DNA from: Micrococcales bacterium
GTDB lineage: Bacteria > Actinomycetota > Actinomycetes > Actinomycetales > Cellulomonadaceae
DNA length: 64,000 nucleotides
Assembly (NCBI GenBank): GCA_009779195.1
Contig: WRET01000005.1
Coordinates: 5,568 to 69,567 of the forward strand
Reading direction: 5' to 3'
Of this stretch, positions 26,141 through 34,762 are shown in pieces. Within the stretch, counting starts at the first letter, position 1; every line of letters starts with the position of its first letter. The translations under genes were made by a program, and so were the position numbers. Under the pieces are notes generated by a model. It was not told the DNA's origin, searched no databases, and saw only the letters and a program-made list of their open reading frames with translations.

Positions 26141-26766
26141 ACCTGCGCCTGCCCGACGGGCCCCTGACAGTCGCCTGCGTCGCCGCTCATCCTGACGACG
26201 TGGAGATCGGCTGCGGCGGGACGCTGCTGGGCCTGGCCGACCGTGGTGACCTCACCGCGCACTGGCTCACCCTGACAGGCACCGACGACCGTGTCGCCGA
26301 GGCCCAGGCCGCCGCGCAGGCGTTCTGCCCCGGCGCCACCACGACCTTCGCCGGTTTCGACGACGGTTACCTGCCCGAACGTTGGGGTGAGGTCAAACGC
26401 ACCCTGCACGCGTTCGCCGCGCAGATCACCCCGGACGTCGTCTTCGTGCCGTGGGCCGGTGACGCCCACCAGGACCACCGTCTGGTCGGCGAGCTGGCGC
26501 CGACGGTGTGGCGTTCGGCGCTGCTGCTGCACTACGAGATCCCCAAGTGGGACGGCGATATGGGCCGTCCTGCGCTGTACGTGCCGATGGACGATCGCAC
26601 AGCGGCCCGCAAGGTCGAGCTGTTGGACGCGTCGTACCTGTCCCAGGCGACCCGCGACTGGTGGGACCACGAGCTGTTCTTGGGTTTTGCCCGCACCCGC
26701 GGTATGGAAGCCAAGACCCGGTACGCCGAGGCTTTCCACATCACGAAAGCCAACCTCTCGCTGTGA
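26137..26766 (+). CDS. PIG-L / LmbE family deacetylase
   Basis: The AHPDDVEIGCGGTLL motif is present, and a HQDH motif lies further on. The GTG at 26137 overlaps the rfbF stop (GTGA). Confidence 0.8.
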   Translation: MNLRLPDGPLTVACVAAHPDDVEIGCGGTLLGLADRGDLTAHWLTLTGTDDRVAEAQAAAQAFCPGATTTFAGFDDGYLPERWGEVKRTLHAFAAQITPDVVFVPWAGDAHQDHRLVGELAPTVWRSALLLHYEIPKWDGDMGRPALYVPMDDRTAARKVELLDASYLSQATRDWWDHELFLGFARTRGMEAKTRYAEAFHITKANLSL

Positions 26767-28157
26767 TGAGTCCACGAGGGTACGTCAACACCCACACGCG
26801 CGGGCGTGGCATACCGGTGGTGCGACCTGTGGACAAAGAAAGCGTGCGGCAGGTCAAGCGCACCGAACGCGTCGTGGCGACCGCGATCATCGCCATCGGG
26901 GCGTTCGCGGTCACCGGTGCGCTGGGTGTGGCGCTTCCGGTCGCGGGGATCGTCGCAGGCGCGATGATCGGGCTGACGGTGGTGTTCTTCACCGCGAGCT
27001 CTGAACCGGCGTTGATCGCGGTGCTGTCCATGCCGCTGCTGTGCCTGGTGCAACGCCTGGGTGGGCCTATCGACCTGTCGGTCGGGGACGCGGCGTTGTT
27101 CGTCGTGTTCTTGGTCATGGCGTTCCTGGGGCCCAGACCCATGTCGCCGATCCTGCGAGCGATCATCTGGCTGACGGTCATCTACCAGGCCACGACGGTT
27201 TTCACGGTGATCATCCATCCGTACCCGGCCAACTTTGTCGAGTGGTTGCACGCCTGGTTGCTCGTCGCCGGGGCCATCTTGGTGGGGTGGGCTGCGGCCC
27301 GGCGCGGGTACGCCCCGGCTGCTCTGACACTGCTCATCTTGACCGCTGCCGCTATCTCGCTGCTGTCGATCGGGGTAGCCGCTGGCCGGTTCGTCACCGC
27401 CGGGACCCTCGAAGAGGTCTACCTTTACTGGCCGTTCTTCATGCACAAGAACGTCATCGGGACCTTGGCGGCGTTCTCTGCGGTCGTCGTGTACGCACGT
27501 CCACCGTGGCTGCGCTGGCCGAACTGGGCGACGACGCTCATGTTCATCGTGATGTGCGGGGGGATGATCACGTCCCAGTCGCGCCAGGCACTGATCTCCG
27601 TGGTCGTCGCCGTGGTGTTCATCGTCTTGCGCAGCTCGTCGATGTCGGCACGGTCACGTGCGGTGCTGCTGCCCATGTTCGCCGCAGTGGTCGTCGCCGG
27701 GCTGACAGTGGCCGCGCAGTTCTCCGAGGCGAACAAGTTCAACTCGGTGTACCAAAGGCTCGACTGGTACGCCCAGTCCACCGACGTGTGGCAGATGAAC
27801 CCCTGGTTCGGCATGGGCCTGCGCTGGTGGTACACAGGCATTCTCGCCGAGGAGTTCCAGCCGCCGCAGGCCATCTTGGAGCAGCTCTCGTCGACGGGAA
27901 TCGTCGGCTTGATCGGTTTCGTCATCATGTTCGGCGGCTTCATGATGATCTTGTGGCGCCGTCTGCCCCCCGAGTACGGCACCCTCGCTGTCGCCATGGT
28001 CCTGACCCGTATGGTCCAGGGCCAGCTCGACCAGTTCTGGCTCACCGTCCAGGTCTCGGTCCCTCTCATCATCGTCGGCATCTGCATCGGCGCCTACGAC
28101 CATGCTGCTCCCGACCCCGGGCACAAGGACAACGTGGCTGTCGTCGTCCTCGACTGA
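26766..28157 (+). CDS. O-antigen ligase / Wzy-like polytopic membrane protein
   Basis: About 10-12 hydrophobic helices. It carries a Wzy_C-like segment GGMITSQSRQALISVVVAVVFIVL. The ATG at 26766 overlaps the previous stop. Confidence 0.7.
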   Translation: MSPRGYVNTHTRGRGIPVVRPVDKESVRQVKRTERVVATAIIAIGAFAVTGALGVALPVAGIVAGAMIGLTVVFFTASSEPALIAVLSMPLLCLVQRLGGPIDLSVGDAALFVVFLVMAFLGPRPMSPILRAIIWLTVIYQATTVFTVIIHPYPANFVEWLHAWLLVAGAILVGWAAARRGYAPAALTLLILTAAAISLLSIGVAAGRFVTAGTLEEVYLYWPFFMHKNVIGTLAAFSAVVVYARPPWLRWPNWATTLMFIVMCGGMITSQSRQALISVVVAVVFIVLRSSSMSARSRAVLLPMFAAVVVAGLTVAAQFSEANKFNSVYQRLDWYAQSTDVWQMNPWFGMGLRWWYTGILAEEFQPPQAILEQLSSTGIVGLIGFVIMFGGFMMILWRRLPPEYGTLAVAMVLTRMVQGQLDQFWLTVQVSVPLIIVGICIGAYDHAAPDPGHKDNVAVVVLD

Positions 28158-28225
28158 CGGCTCACCCGTCCCGCAGGGACTGCCCAGGACACGCCCCGCC
28201 GCCGCGGGGAGACAACGGGCAGGAC

Positions 28226-28390
28226 AATAAGTGCGGCCTGCGTGCGATGGTCAGAAATCGGGCGATAAGGACATATAACTCTTCGTCCCGGAGACGGGGT
28301 GAAAACTTCGTCCTATGGCTCTGAGAATCTCGGCTACGTTTGACGGGCTCGTGCATCTGGAGGAGTATCCCAACTACGAGTGACCGGCGT
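28226..28390 (+). promoter_or_regulatory. Conserved AT-richer upstream element, copy 1 (paralogous to 30738-30900)
   Basis: Blocks TGCGGC, ATCGG, GGGGTGAA, TTCGT, TCTCGGCT, GTTTGACG, ATCCCA and GAGTGACCG occur in both copies. They are in the same order with small indels, 140-300 nt upstream of the paralogous ORFs. Confidence 0.5.
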
Positions 28391-28531
28391 AACAAGGTAG
28401 TTGACTCCGGTTTCGTAGGATGATTCTCAGCACGAGCGATCACTGACCGCTCGACTCGTGCTGCGTGTCGTCCAAATGCGGCTCCGCTTCAGTGTGGTTG
28501 CGGTGCCTGCGACGACGAGAGGACAGTTGTG

Positions 28532-30445
28532 ATGAGACGTTCTTTAGCAGCGAGCACTGTTGTGTGCTTGTCGTTGCTGGGGGCAGGCGCCATAATTACG
28601 GCAGATTCTAGATCTGCCGCTGCCGAGCCCAGCAACGTTCCTGGGGTAATAGATACCATTCACTATCATGTGGGGACAGAGGCCCAGGCCAGGGACTGGA
28701 TTGTCGGCCATCTGAACGAGGGCTTCGGGACCCACGCGACGCGTTGGTACTTGGGGTTCCCCGAGCGGATCATTCCGGTGGTGCTAGTCGGCGACGCGGT
28801 GACCTGGCACGAGGCTGTGGGGATGGTCGAAGACGATGCTGCAGCTGTTTTCGGTCCCAACGCTAGCCATTGGTCGATCGACCCCGACGGGACTACGTTC
28901 GCGGACTACGGACGTATCAATATGACTATTCCGCCGGACAACACACGGCCGACCTGCGCCACCGATCCTCCAGTGCGAGCCGAGGCTGGGTCGCGGACCC
29001 TGTTCAACGCATGGTGCATGGGTCCCTTGACGTACACAGTAACCATCGAGAATGTCAGGGCTGCTGACAACAACCAATCGTGGGCGGCCTCTGCGTACGA
29101 TTCCACAGGAGAACTTGCCGGTCTCTCGCCGCACGGAATCTGGATCGCCGGCCCGGGGAATGACAATCCCGGTCACAACACCAGCAGCAAAGAGCGTCTG
29201 TACGTGCTTGACCCGTCACTGCTTCTGACAAAGAAGGTGTGTACCACCACTGTTGTTGACGACTGCGACATCAATGATCCCAACGTCTGGAGAGATGAGC
29301 AGGAGATCCCGGCTGGTTCGAGCCAGGCAGTCTTCCGGGTTGAGGTCGAGAACACCGGGAATGTCGAGCTGGCCAACGTCCACATGGCGCAGGACACCAC
29401 GAAGGCGGAGGCAGGTGAGCGTGCAGTCATCATGCCGCCGACGACGCAGGCTGGCATTCCGGTCGACGGAGCAGTGTTCGCCGACAGCCTCATGCCGGGT
29501 GCAAAGGCGGCGATGATGGTCATCGTGCCGATCGACGGAACACTGGATGGTGAGCTGAAGAACTTAGCGACTGCCAACGCGGAGCTGCCGGGCGTTGTGT
29601 CCTTCCCCAACGGCTCGACAGAGACCCAGGTGGCCACGGTCGACCCGGCCAAGAAGCCGCTGTCCGATCGGTTCACGGGCAACCCGACCGTCGATGACCC
29701 CGATGGCGAACCCGGCATGGTGCCGTCCAACGAGGATGCCGCCAAGGTCTTCGAGCGGGTCAAGGCTATCGATCTCGAGAAGTACGTCTGCGATGGCGTC
29801 AGCGACTGCGACGTGCCGACCGGTGGCGACTTGGCCGACCTGGCGTCGGGTAAGAACGCTGGTGGGTGGGTCAAGATGACCACCGTGCCGATGGCCGCGG
29901 ACGCGCAGTGGCTGCTGGTCGTCACCAACACTGGCAACACCACCCTCGGCAACGTCACGCTCAAGCGTGAGGACCTGCTCGCAGGCGGCGACGGCCACGA
30001 CGGCCAGCTCGTCGGCTGCGCGATGGGCGACGACCTCAAGCTCGGACAGCTGGCCTCGGGAGAGTCGAAGACGGTGACGTGCACCACAGGTCTGATCACC
30101 AACACTGAGGAGTGGGGCTCCAAAGAAGACGTGGTCAACACCGCCAAGGTGTGTGCCGAGGTCGAAGACGACACGACCATCATGAACGGCTCGGAGGTCT
30201 GTTCGAAGGAGAGCTCGGCGGAGGTCAACACCGTGGAGGAACCGGCACCGCCGCCCGACGAGCCGACACCAAGCCCAACCCCTAGCCCGACGACACCGCA
30301 GCCTGCGCCGAAGCCTCCGGCGCCGCCGAGGCTGCTGGGCGGGACGGGTGCCAACGCGGCCCTGGCCGTGGTGCTCGGAGTGATCTTGCTGGCAGGCGGC
30401 GCCGGACTGGTCACAGTTCGGATGCGGGCACGACAGGCCCGGTAG
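28532..30445 (+). CDS. Secreted surface protein, paralogue 1 (signal peptide, unknown N-domain, DUF11/CARDB-like repeats, P/T-rich stalk, LGGTG sorting-signal-like C-terminus)
   Basis: The signal peptide is MRRSLAASTVVCLSLLGAGA. AVFRVEVENTGNVELANVHMAQD and WLLVVTNTGNTTLGNVTL are DUF11-like. The C-terminus is LLGGTGANAALAVVLGVILLAGGAGLVTVRMRARQAR. A GAGAGG RBS lies 9 nt upstream. G+C is lower than in flanking genes. Confidence 0.75.
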   Translation: MRRSLAASTVVCLSLLGAGAIITADSRSAAAEPSNVPGVIDTIHYHVGTEAQARDWIVGHLNEGFGTHATRWYLGFPERIIPVVLVGDAVTWHEAVGMVEDDAAAVFGPNASHWSIDPDGTTFADYGRINMTIPPDNTRPTCATDPPVRAEAGSRTLFNAWCMGPLTYTVTIENVRAADNNQSWAASAYDSTGELAGLSPHGIWIAGPGNDNPGHNTSSKERLYVLDPSLLLTKKVCTTTVVDDCDINDPNVWRDEQEIPAGSSQAVFRVEVENTGNVELANVHMAQDTTKAEAGERAVIMPPTTQAGIPVDGAVFADSLMPGAKAAMMVIVPIDGTLDGELKNLATANAELPGVVSFPNGSTETQVATVDPAKKPLSDRFTGNPTVDDPDGEPGMVPSNEDAAKVFERVKAIDLEKYVCDGVSDCDVPTGGDLADLASGKNAGGWVKMTTVPMAADAQWLLVVTNTGNTTLGNVTLKREDLLAGGDGHDGQLVGCAMGDDLKLGQLASGESKTVTCTTGLITNTEEWGSKEDVVNTAKVCAEVEDDTTIMNGSEVCSKESSAEVNTVEEPAPPPDEPTPSPTPSPTTPQPAPKPPAPPRLLGGTGANAALAVVLGVILLAGGAGLVTVRMRARQAR

Positions 30446-30737
30446 CCAGCACTGGTGGTGCGGACGGCGCGGTAGTCAGACAACGGAGTCTGGCCCCGTC
30501 GTCCGCACCATTGGCTGGGGTCGCCCACCCCAGCCACACCTCGGGCCGGGCCGCAAGGCCCGGCCCGTTGGGTGGGACGAACTCGATACCCATCTCGGCG
30601 TAGCCCGCTCCGACAGGGATGCGTCCCCGCCGACCCCGACCCTGCCGAAGGACCGGCTCAGCCGTCCCGCTCCCGGACCCAGACAGGAACCGGCTCACCA
30701 GACCCACCAGTCCCCGTGCTACAGGAAGGACGCGATA

Positions 30738-30900
30738 GATAACAACTGCGGCTTTCTCAGTCGAGTATCGGCCAACTGACCGGCGGTTCTACCGTTTCAT
30801 CCAGATTCATGGGGTGAAGTTTCGTTCGTCGCGGCTGGCGGTCTCGGCTCGGTTTGACGCCTTCCTCTATCAAGAGCAACATCCCACGTATGAGTGACCG
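30738..30900 (+). promoter_or_regulatory. Conserved upstream element, copy 2
   Basis: It carries the same ordered sequence blocks as 28226-28390. Confidence 0.5.
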
Positions 30901-31039
30901 CTGTCAGCTGTCGGTGACAGGGCCTGCTCACAGGACTGTTGCGTACCGGGACCAGCCGTCGCCTGCTGGTCGTCGTGCGTGTGCGGCCCGTGGCCTGCTC
31001 CCGCGAGGTGGCGCCTGAACCGATGAGAGGAATGCCGAC

Positions 31040-33001
31040 ATGAGACGTGGATTGGCTGCGAGCACAGTGGTGTGCTTGTCCTTGCTGGGAGTGGGTGCCT
31101 TGCTCTCGGTGTCAGGGCCGAGCCCCGCAGAGGCCGCCACCAACAGTCCCGTGGCTGGGGTGTTGGGAGGGACGATGCAATACTCTATCGGCTCTCCTGA
31201 GGCTGCCCGAGCGTTCATCCTCAGTCACGTGAACCCTGGGCAGAGGATGACCACCACGACGTCGTGGCACGGCTTGGGCCCAGACGCCCACCCAGGTGAG
31301 GCCACGCCGACACGCGCGGTGGTGCTCGTCGGCGACTCGGTCACGTGGTACGAAGGCGTCGGTATGGGCGAGAACGGTGGGACCGCGATCTTCAGCCCCG
31401 ACCCGAAGTCGTGGGCCCTCTCGCCGTGGACCACTGTGCCGCCTGCGGCGATCGACCGCTTCACCCTCACCCCAATACCGGACCCGGGCGAGGCCTGTTC
31501 GCCAAATCCTCCAGCCAATCTGAACGGCAACCTTATCAACGCCTGGTGCTACGGCCCCCTCGTCTACACGGTCGCCATCGAAAACGTGACCGCCGATGAC
31601 AACCAGATCCAGTGGTCGGCGTTCCCGTACGACTGGAGTGGCGTCCTGGCCCCACGAGATCCCCACGAGGTCCCTCTGACTGGACCAAAAAACGACACTC
31701 CGGGCCGCAGCGACAGCGCCGCTGAGGGAGTCGTGGTGCTCGACCCCAAGCTTGAGCTGGAGAAACAGGTCTGCATCAACGCCCTGGCGGCTGACTGCGA
31801 CCCGACCAACGACAGCCTGTGGGTCAAGAGCCAAGAGCTTCCCGCCGGGTCGACGCAGGCCACGTTCCGGATCGTCGTGACCAACGCGGGCAACGTCAGG
31901 CTGGACAACGTGCACATCGCACAGGACGTCGTGGTCCCAGTGACCGCCGACGCCTCCAAGGTCGGTAACGCGAACGTGGCCGGAAACCCCTCACAGCTGG
32001 TCAACGAGACTGTTGTGGTTGCTGACTCGCTCGAACCTGGTGAGTCGTCGGTGCCTCTGGTGGTGACGGTTCCGATCAACGGTGTCCTGGCTGGCAAGCT
32101 GAAGAACACCGCGACGGCCAACGCTGAGCTGCCGGACTTCGTCCACGACCCGTTCGACCCAGTCGGTGTGGACAGCGACCCGACGGTCAGCCCCGACGGC
32201 AAACGGCTGGCCGAGCGCTTCACCGGCAACCCGACCGCTGGCGACCCCACCGGTGAGCCCCAGATGGTGCCGTCGAACATTGACGAGGCCGAGGTGTTCG
32301 AGCAGGTCCCGGGTATTGCTCTGGAGAAGTTCGTGTGCAAGGCAGGCACGGGCTGCCAAGAGCCGACCGAGGCCGAGCTGGCCGAGCTGGGTGCAGGCAA
32401 CGAGACCGACGAGTGGGTCAAAGCCACGACGGTTCCGTTCGAGACCGACGCCCAGTGGCTGCTGGTGATCACCAACACCGGTGTGACGGTGCTGACCGAC
32501 GTCACCCTCTCACGTGAGGATCTCGACGAGGGTGGGCTAGGTCACGACGGGACGCTTGACGGGTGCGAGGCCGGCACGAACGTCGGGACCTTGCAGCCGG
32601 GCCAGACGACCACGTTGATGTGCAGCACGGGCATGATCACCAACGAAGCCGCGATCGGTAGCGGTGACGACGTGATCAACACCGCCGCTGTGTGTGGCGA
32701 CCCGTCCGACATGGACGGCGTGAAGCTCCCTGGCCCCAACGGGCAGGGCACCCAGCCTGCGGTGTGCTCAGGAGAGAAGATCGCTGAGGTCAACACGTTG
32801 CTGGAGGAAGAGGAGACGCCTCCGGCGACGACGACTCCGCCGCCCACGACGCAACCGGCCTCGACTCCGCCTGCGAAGACCCCGCCGCTGGGTGGAACCG
32901 GTGCGAACGCGGTCTTGGCAGCAGTGCTCGGCCTGCTCATGCTGGCAGGTGGTGGCGCACTGGTCGCAGTCCGGGTGCGCAGGGCACGCCAGGAAGGCTA
33001 G
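31040..33001 (+). CDS. Secreted surface protein, paralogue 2 (same architecture as 28532-30445)
   Basis: The signal peptide is MRRGLAASTVVCLSLLGVGA. It is roughly 40-45 % identical to paralogue 1 by eye along the whole length. The C-terminus is PLGGTGANAVLAAVLGLLMLAGGGALVAVRVRRARQEG. Confidence 0.75.
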   Translation: MRRGLAASTVVCLSLLGVGALLSVSGPSPAEAATNSPVAGVLGGTMQYSIGSPEAARAFILSHVNPGQRMTTTTSWHGLGPDAHPGEATPTRAVVLVGDSVTWYEGVGMGENGGTAIFSPDPKSWALSPWTTVPPAAIDRFTLTPIPDPGEACSPNPPANLNGNLINAWCYGPLVYTVAIENVTADDNQIQWSAFPYDWSGVLAPRDPHEVPLTGPKNDTPGRSDSAAEGVVVLDPKLELEKQVCINALAADCDPTNDSLWVKSQELPAGSTQATFRIVVTNAGNVRLDNVHIAQDVVVPVTADASKVGNANVAGNPSQLVNETVVVADSLEPGESSVPLVVTVPINGVLAGKLKNTATANAELPDFVHDPFDPVGVDSDPTVSPDGKRLAERFTGNPTAGDPTGEPQMVPSNIDEAEVFEQVPGIALEKFVCKAGTGCQEPTEAELAELGAGNETDEWVKATTVPFETDAQWLLVITNTGVTVLTDVTLSREDLDEGGLGHDGTLDGCEAGTNVGTLQPGQTTTLMCSTGMITNEAAIGSGDDVINTAAVCGDPSDMDGVKLPGPNGQGTQPAVCSGEKIAEVNTLLEEEETPPATTTPPPTTQPASTPPAKTPPLGGTGANAVLAAVLGLLMLAGGGALVAVRVRRARQEG

Positions 33002-33008
33002 AAGGTAA

Positions 33009-33043
33009 CGGTGCGGGCGACGTGGACAACGTCGCCCGCACCG
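33009..33043 (+). terminator. Perfect 14-bp stem / 7-nt loop hairpin after paralogue 2
   Basis: The sequence is CGGTGCGGGCGACG-tggacaa-CGTCGCCCGCACCG. Confidence 0.55.
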
Positions 33044-33224
33044 TCATGTGCTCTGCACGCCCAGCCCTTCAGGCGGTGCACGGCCGACGCCGTCGAGGTG
33101 GCAGGCCCGTGCGACAAGCCCAGCGCACGTGGGCCGGTGGCGACGCAGCGCGGGCACCTGGCGCGTACGCTCGCGGCGTTGCCAGTCCTTGGCCCCGCAG
33201 CTGCGGCTCTCGTGGGCCGCCTGG

Positions 33225-34757
33225 CTACTGCAGGTACGGCTGGCCTGGTGGCCTGGGGTGACCTGAGGCGAGGTTCGGGTCACCCATGGGGCGCATGGTG
33301 ACCGGAGGTCCGACCCAGGTGGTGTGGCCGGCGTCCCCGGCGAAAGAGTACTCAGCCTGGTAGTTGCCGCGGACCTGGTCAGAAGCGACGACGACACCCA
33401 GAGGACGACCACCGGCAGCACGTAGGCGCGTCAGGGCGTCTTCGACCGCGTTGAGACGGGTCGTGTCTTCAGCCGCGACGAGCAGCGTGGCGTCGGCGTA
33501 CGCCGAGACGATCGCCGCGTCGGCAGCCACCAGCACAGGTGGGGCGTCCATGACCAGCAGGTCTGCGCTGGCGCGCAGGTCGTCGAGGCGTTCGCGGACC
33601 TGTGAGGTGGCCAGGAAGTCGGCAGGGTCCAGCGGGGTGTGCAGCGGCAGGACCACCCGCAGGTTCGGCACCCGTGTGGGCACTGTGCCCGACGGGTCAG
33701 CACGCGGACGCCCGTCAGGCATGAGCAGCATGTTCAAGGTCGGTTGCCGCAGGTCGCCAGAGACCACGATGACGCGGCGCCCGCTGAGGGCGAAAGACGC
33801 GGCGAGGTTCGCCGTGATGAACCCGGTGGGCACCCCAGGTTGTACCGCGGTGATCACGAGCATCGAGCCGTCGGTGTAGGTCATCGTCGCCTGCAAGGCG
33901 GTGCGCAGCTCGCGGATGGACTGGGTGAAGGCGTTGGCGGTGCGGCCCGCCACAGGCAGCATCTCGTCGTCGTCGTCGAACGCCCTGGCGTTGGGCCCCA
34001 CGTCGCTGAGCGCGCCCAGCGAGGTCTCGCCGATGCGGGTGACGCTCGCCGTGGACCGCAGACGCGTGTCCAGGGCGTTGCGCACCACCGCGGCTGCGAT
34101 CCCCAAGAACATCCCGAGCAGCGCCCCGACTGCGACGATGATCGGAGGCGACACCGAGCTCAAGCTGGCTTTCTGCGCAGCGATACGCACCGTGGCTGGT
34201 GGGGGTGCTTGGCTCGCGGCGGCGATCTGGCCCCTCATTTCTCGGTACTGGGAGACGATCGCGTCGCGCTCTGCCTTGCCACCCTCGTCGCCCTCCACGT
34301 ATTCGGGGACGGTCCTCCACAGGGCCGCTGCCTTGGCCTCCTGCTGCTTGAGAGATGCCTGGAACTGGTTGGTCAGGTCACCGATGTACGTGGCAGCAGC
34401 GGCCTTGGCCGCGTTGCGCGCATCCACAGGTGACGTGGCCCGCGCGGTGAAGACGAGGGTGTTGGTCGACTCACCGGCCACGGCCTCGACGGCCTGGAAG
34501 TTTCCTGGTTGGGACAGCGACTGCTTGATCTTCGCGATGGATGCGGTGGACTGGATGATGTTCGGGTCCACGTTGACCAGGACGCCGTACTTGGCCGCCA
34601 GGTCGTCAGGCGAGGTGTAGGCGACAGTGCACTGCGAGGAGTACGTCGGGATCGCCCACCAGGCGTAGAACAGCCCTCCAGCCAGCCCGAGGAGCGTCAT
34701 GGCGAAGACGAGCCACTTGCTGAACAGGACCAAGCCCCAAAAGTCGCGCAATGTCAC
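33225..34757 (-). CDS. Wzc-like polysaccharide co-polymerase / BY-kinase-like protein with a degenerate Walker A
   Basis: The Wzz-like N-terminus has two TM helices. The C-terminal CpsD-like domain keeps LLVMDAPPVL (Walker A') and DLRQPTL. The P-loop reads QPGVPTGF instead of PGEGKST. The start is placed at the GTG at 34757; the ORF-track extension to 35171 overlaps the upstream GT gene. Confidence 0.7.
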   Translation of the reverse strand: MTLRDFWGLVLFSKWLVFAMTLLGLAGGLFYAWWAIPTYSSQCTVAYTSPDDLAAKYGVLVNVDPNIIQSTASIAKIKQSLSQPGNFQAVEAVAGESTNTLVFTARATSPVDARNAAKAAAATYIGDLTNQFQASLKQQEAKAAALWRTVPEYVEGDEGGKAERDAIVSQYREMRGQIAAASQAPPPATVRIAAQKASLSSVSPPIIVAVGALLGMFLGIAAAVVRNALDTRLRSTASVTRIGETSLGALSDVGPNARAFDDDDEMLPVAGRTANAFTQSIRELRTALQATMTYTDGSMLVITAVQPGVPTGFITANLAASFALSGRRVIVVSGDLRQPTLNMLLMPDGRPRADPSGTVPTRVPNLRVVLPLHTPLDPADFLATSQVRERLDDLRASADLLVMDAPPVLVAADAAIVSAYADATLLVAAEDTTRLNAVEDALTRLRAAGGRPLGVVVASDQVRGNYQAEYSFAGDAGHTTWVGPPVTMRPMGDPNLASGHPRPPGQPYLQ

Positions 34758-34762
34758 GGTTA

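Noticed and set aside
28315-28383. A small ORF, MALRISATFDGLVHLEEYPNYE, inside the conserved upstream element. The paralogous copy would encode ...SARFDAFLYQEQHPTYE.
   Set aside because: The second copy has no ATG at the equivalent position. A 1-nt indel shifts the upstream part. Substitutions between the copies hit codon positions 1 and 2 as often as position 3. There is no RBS. A cis-acting DNA or RNA element is more likely, though a micropeptide is not fully excluded.
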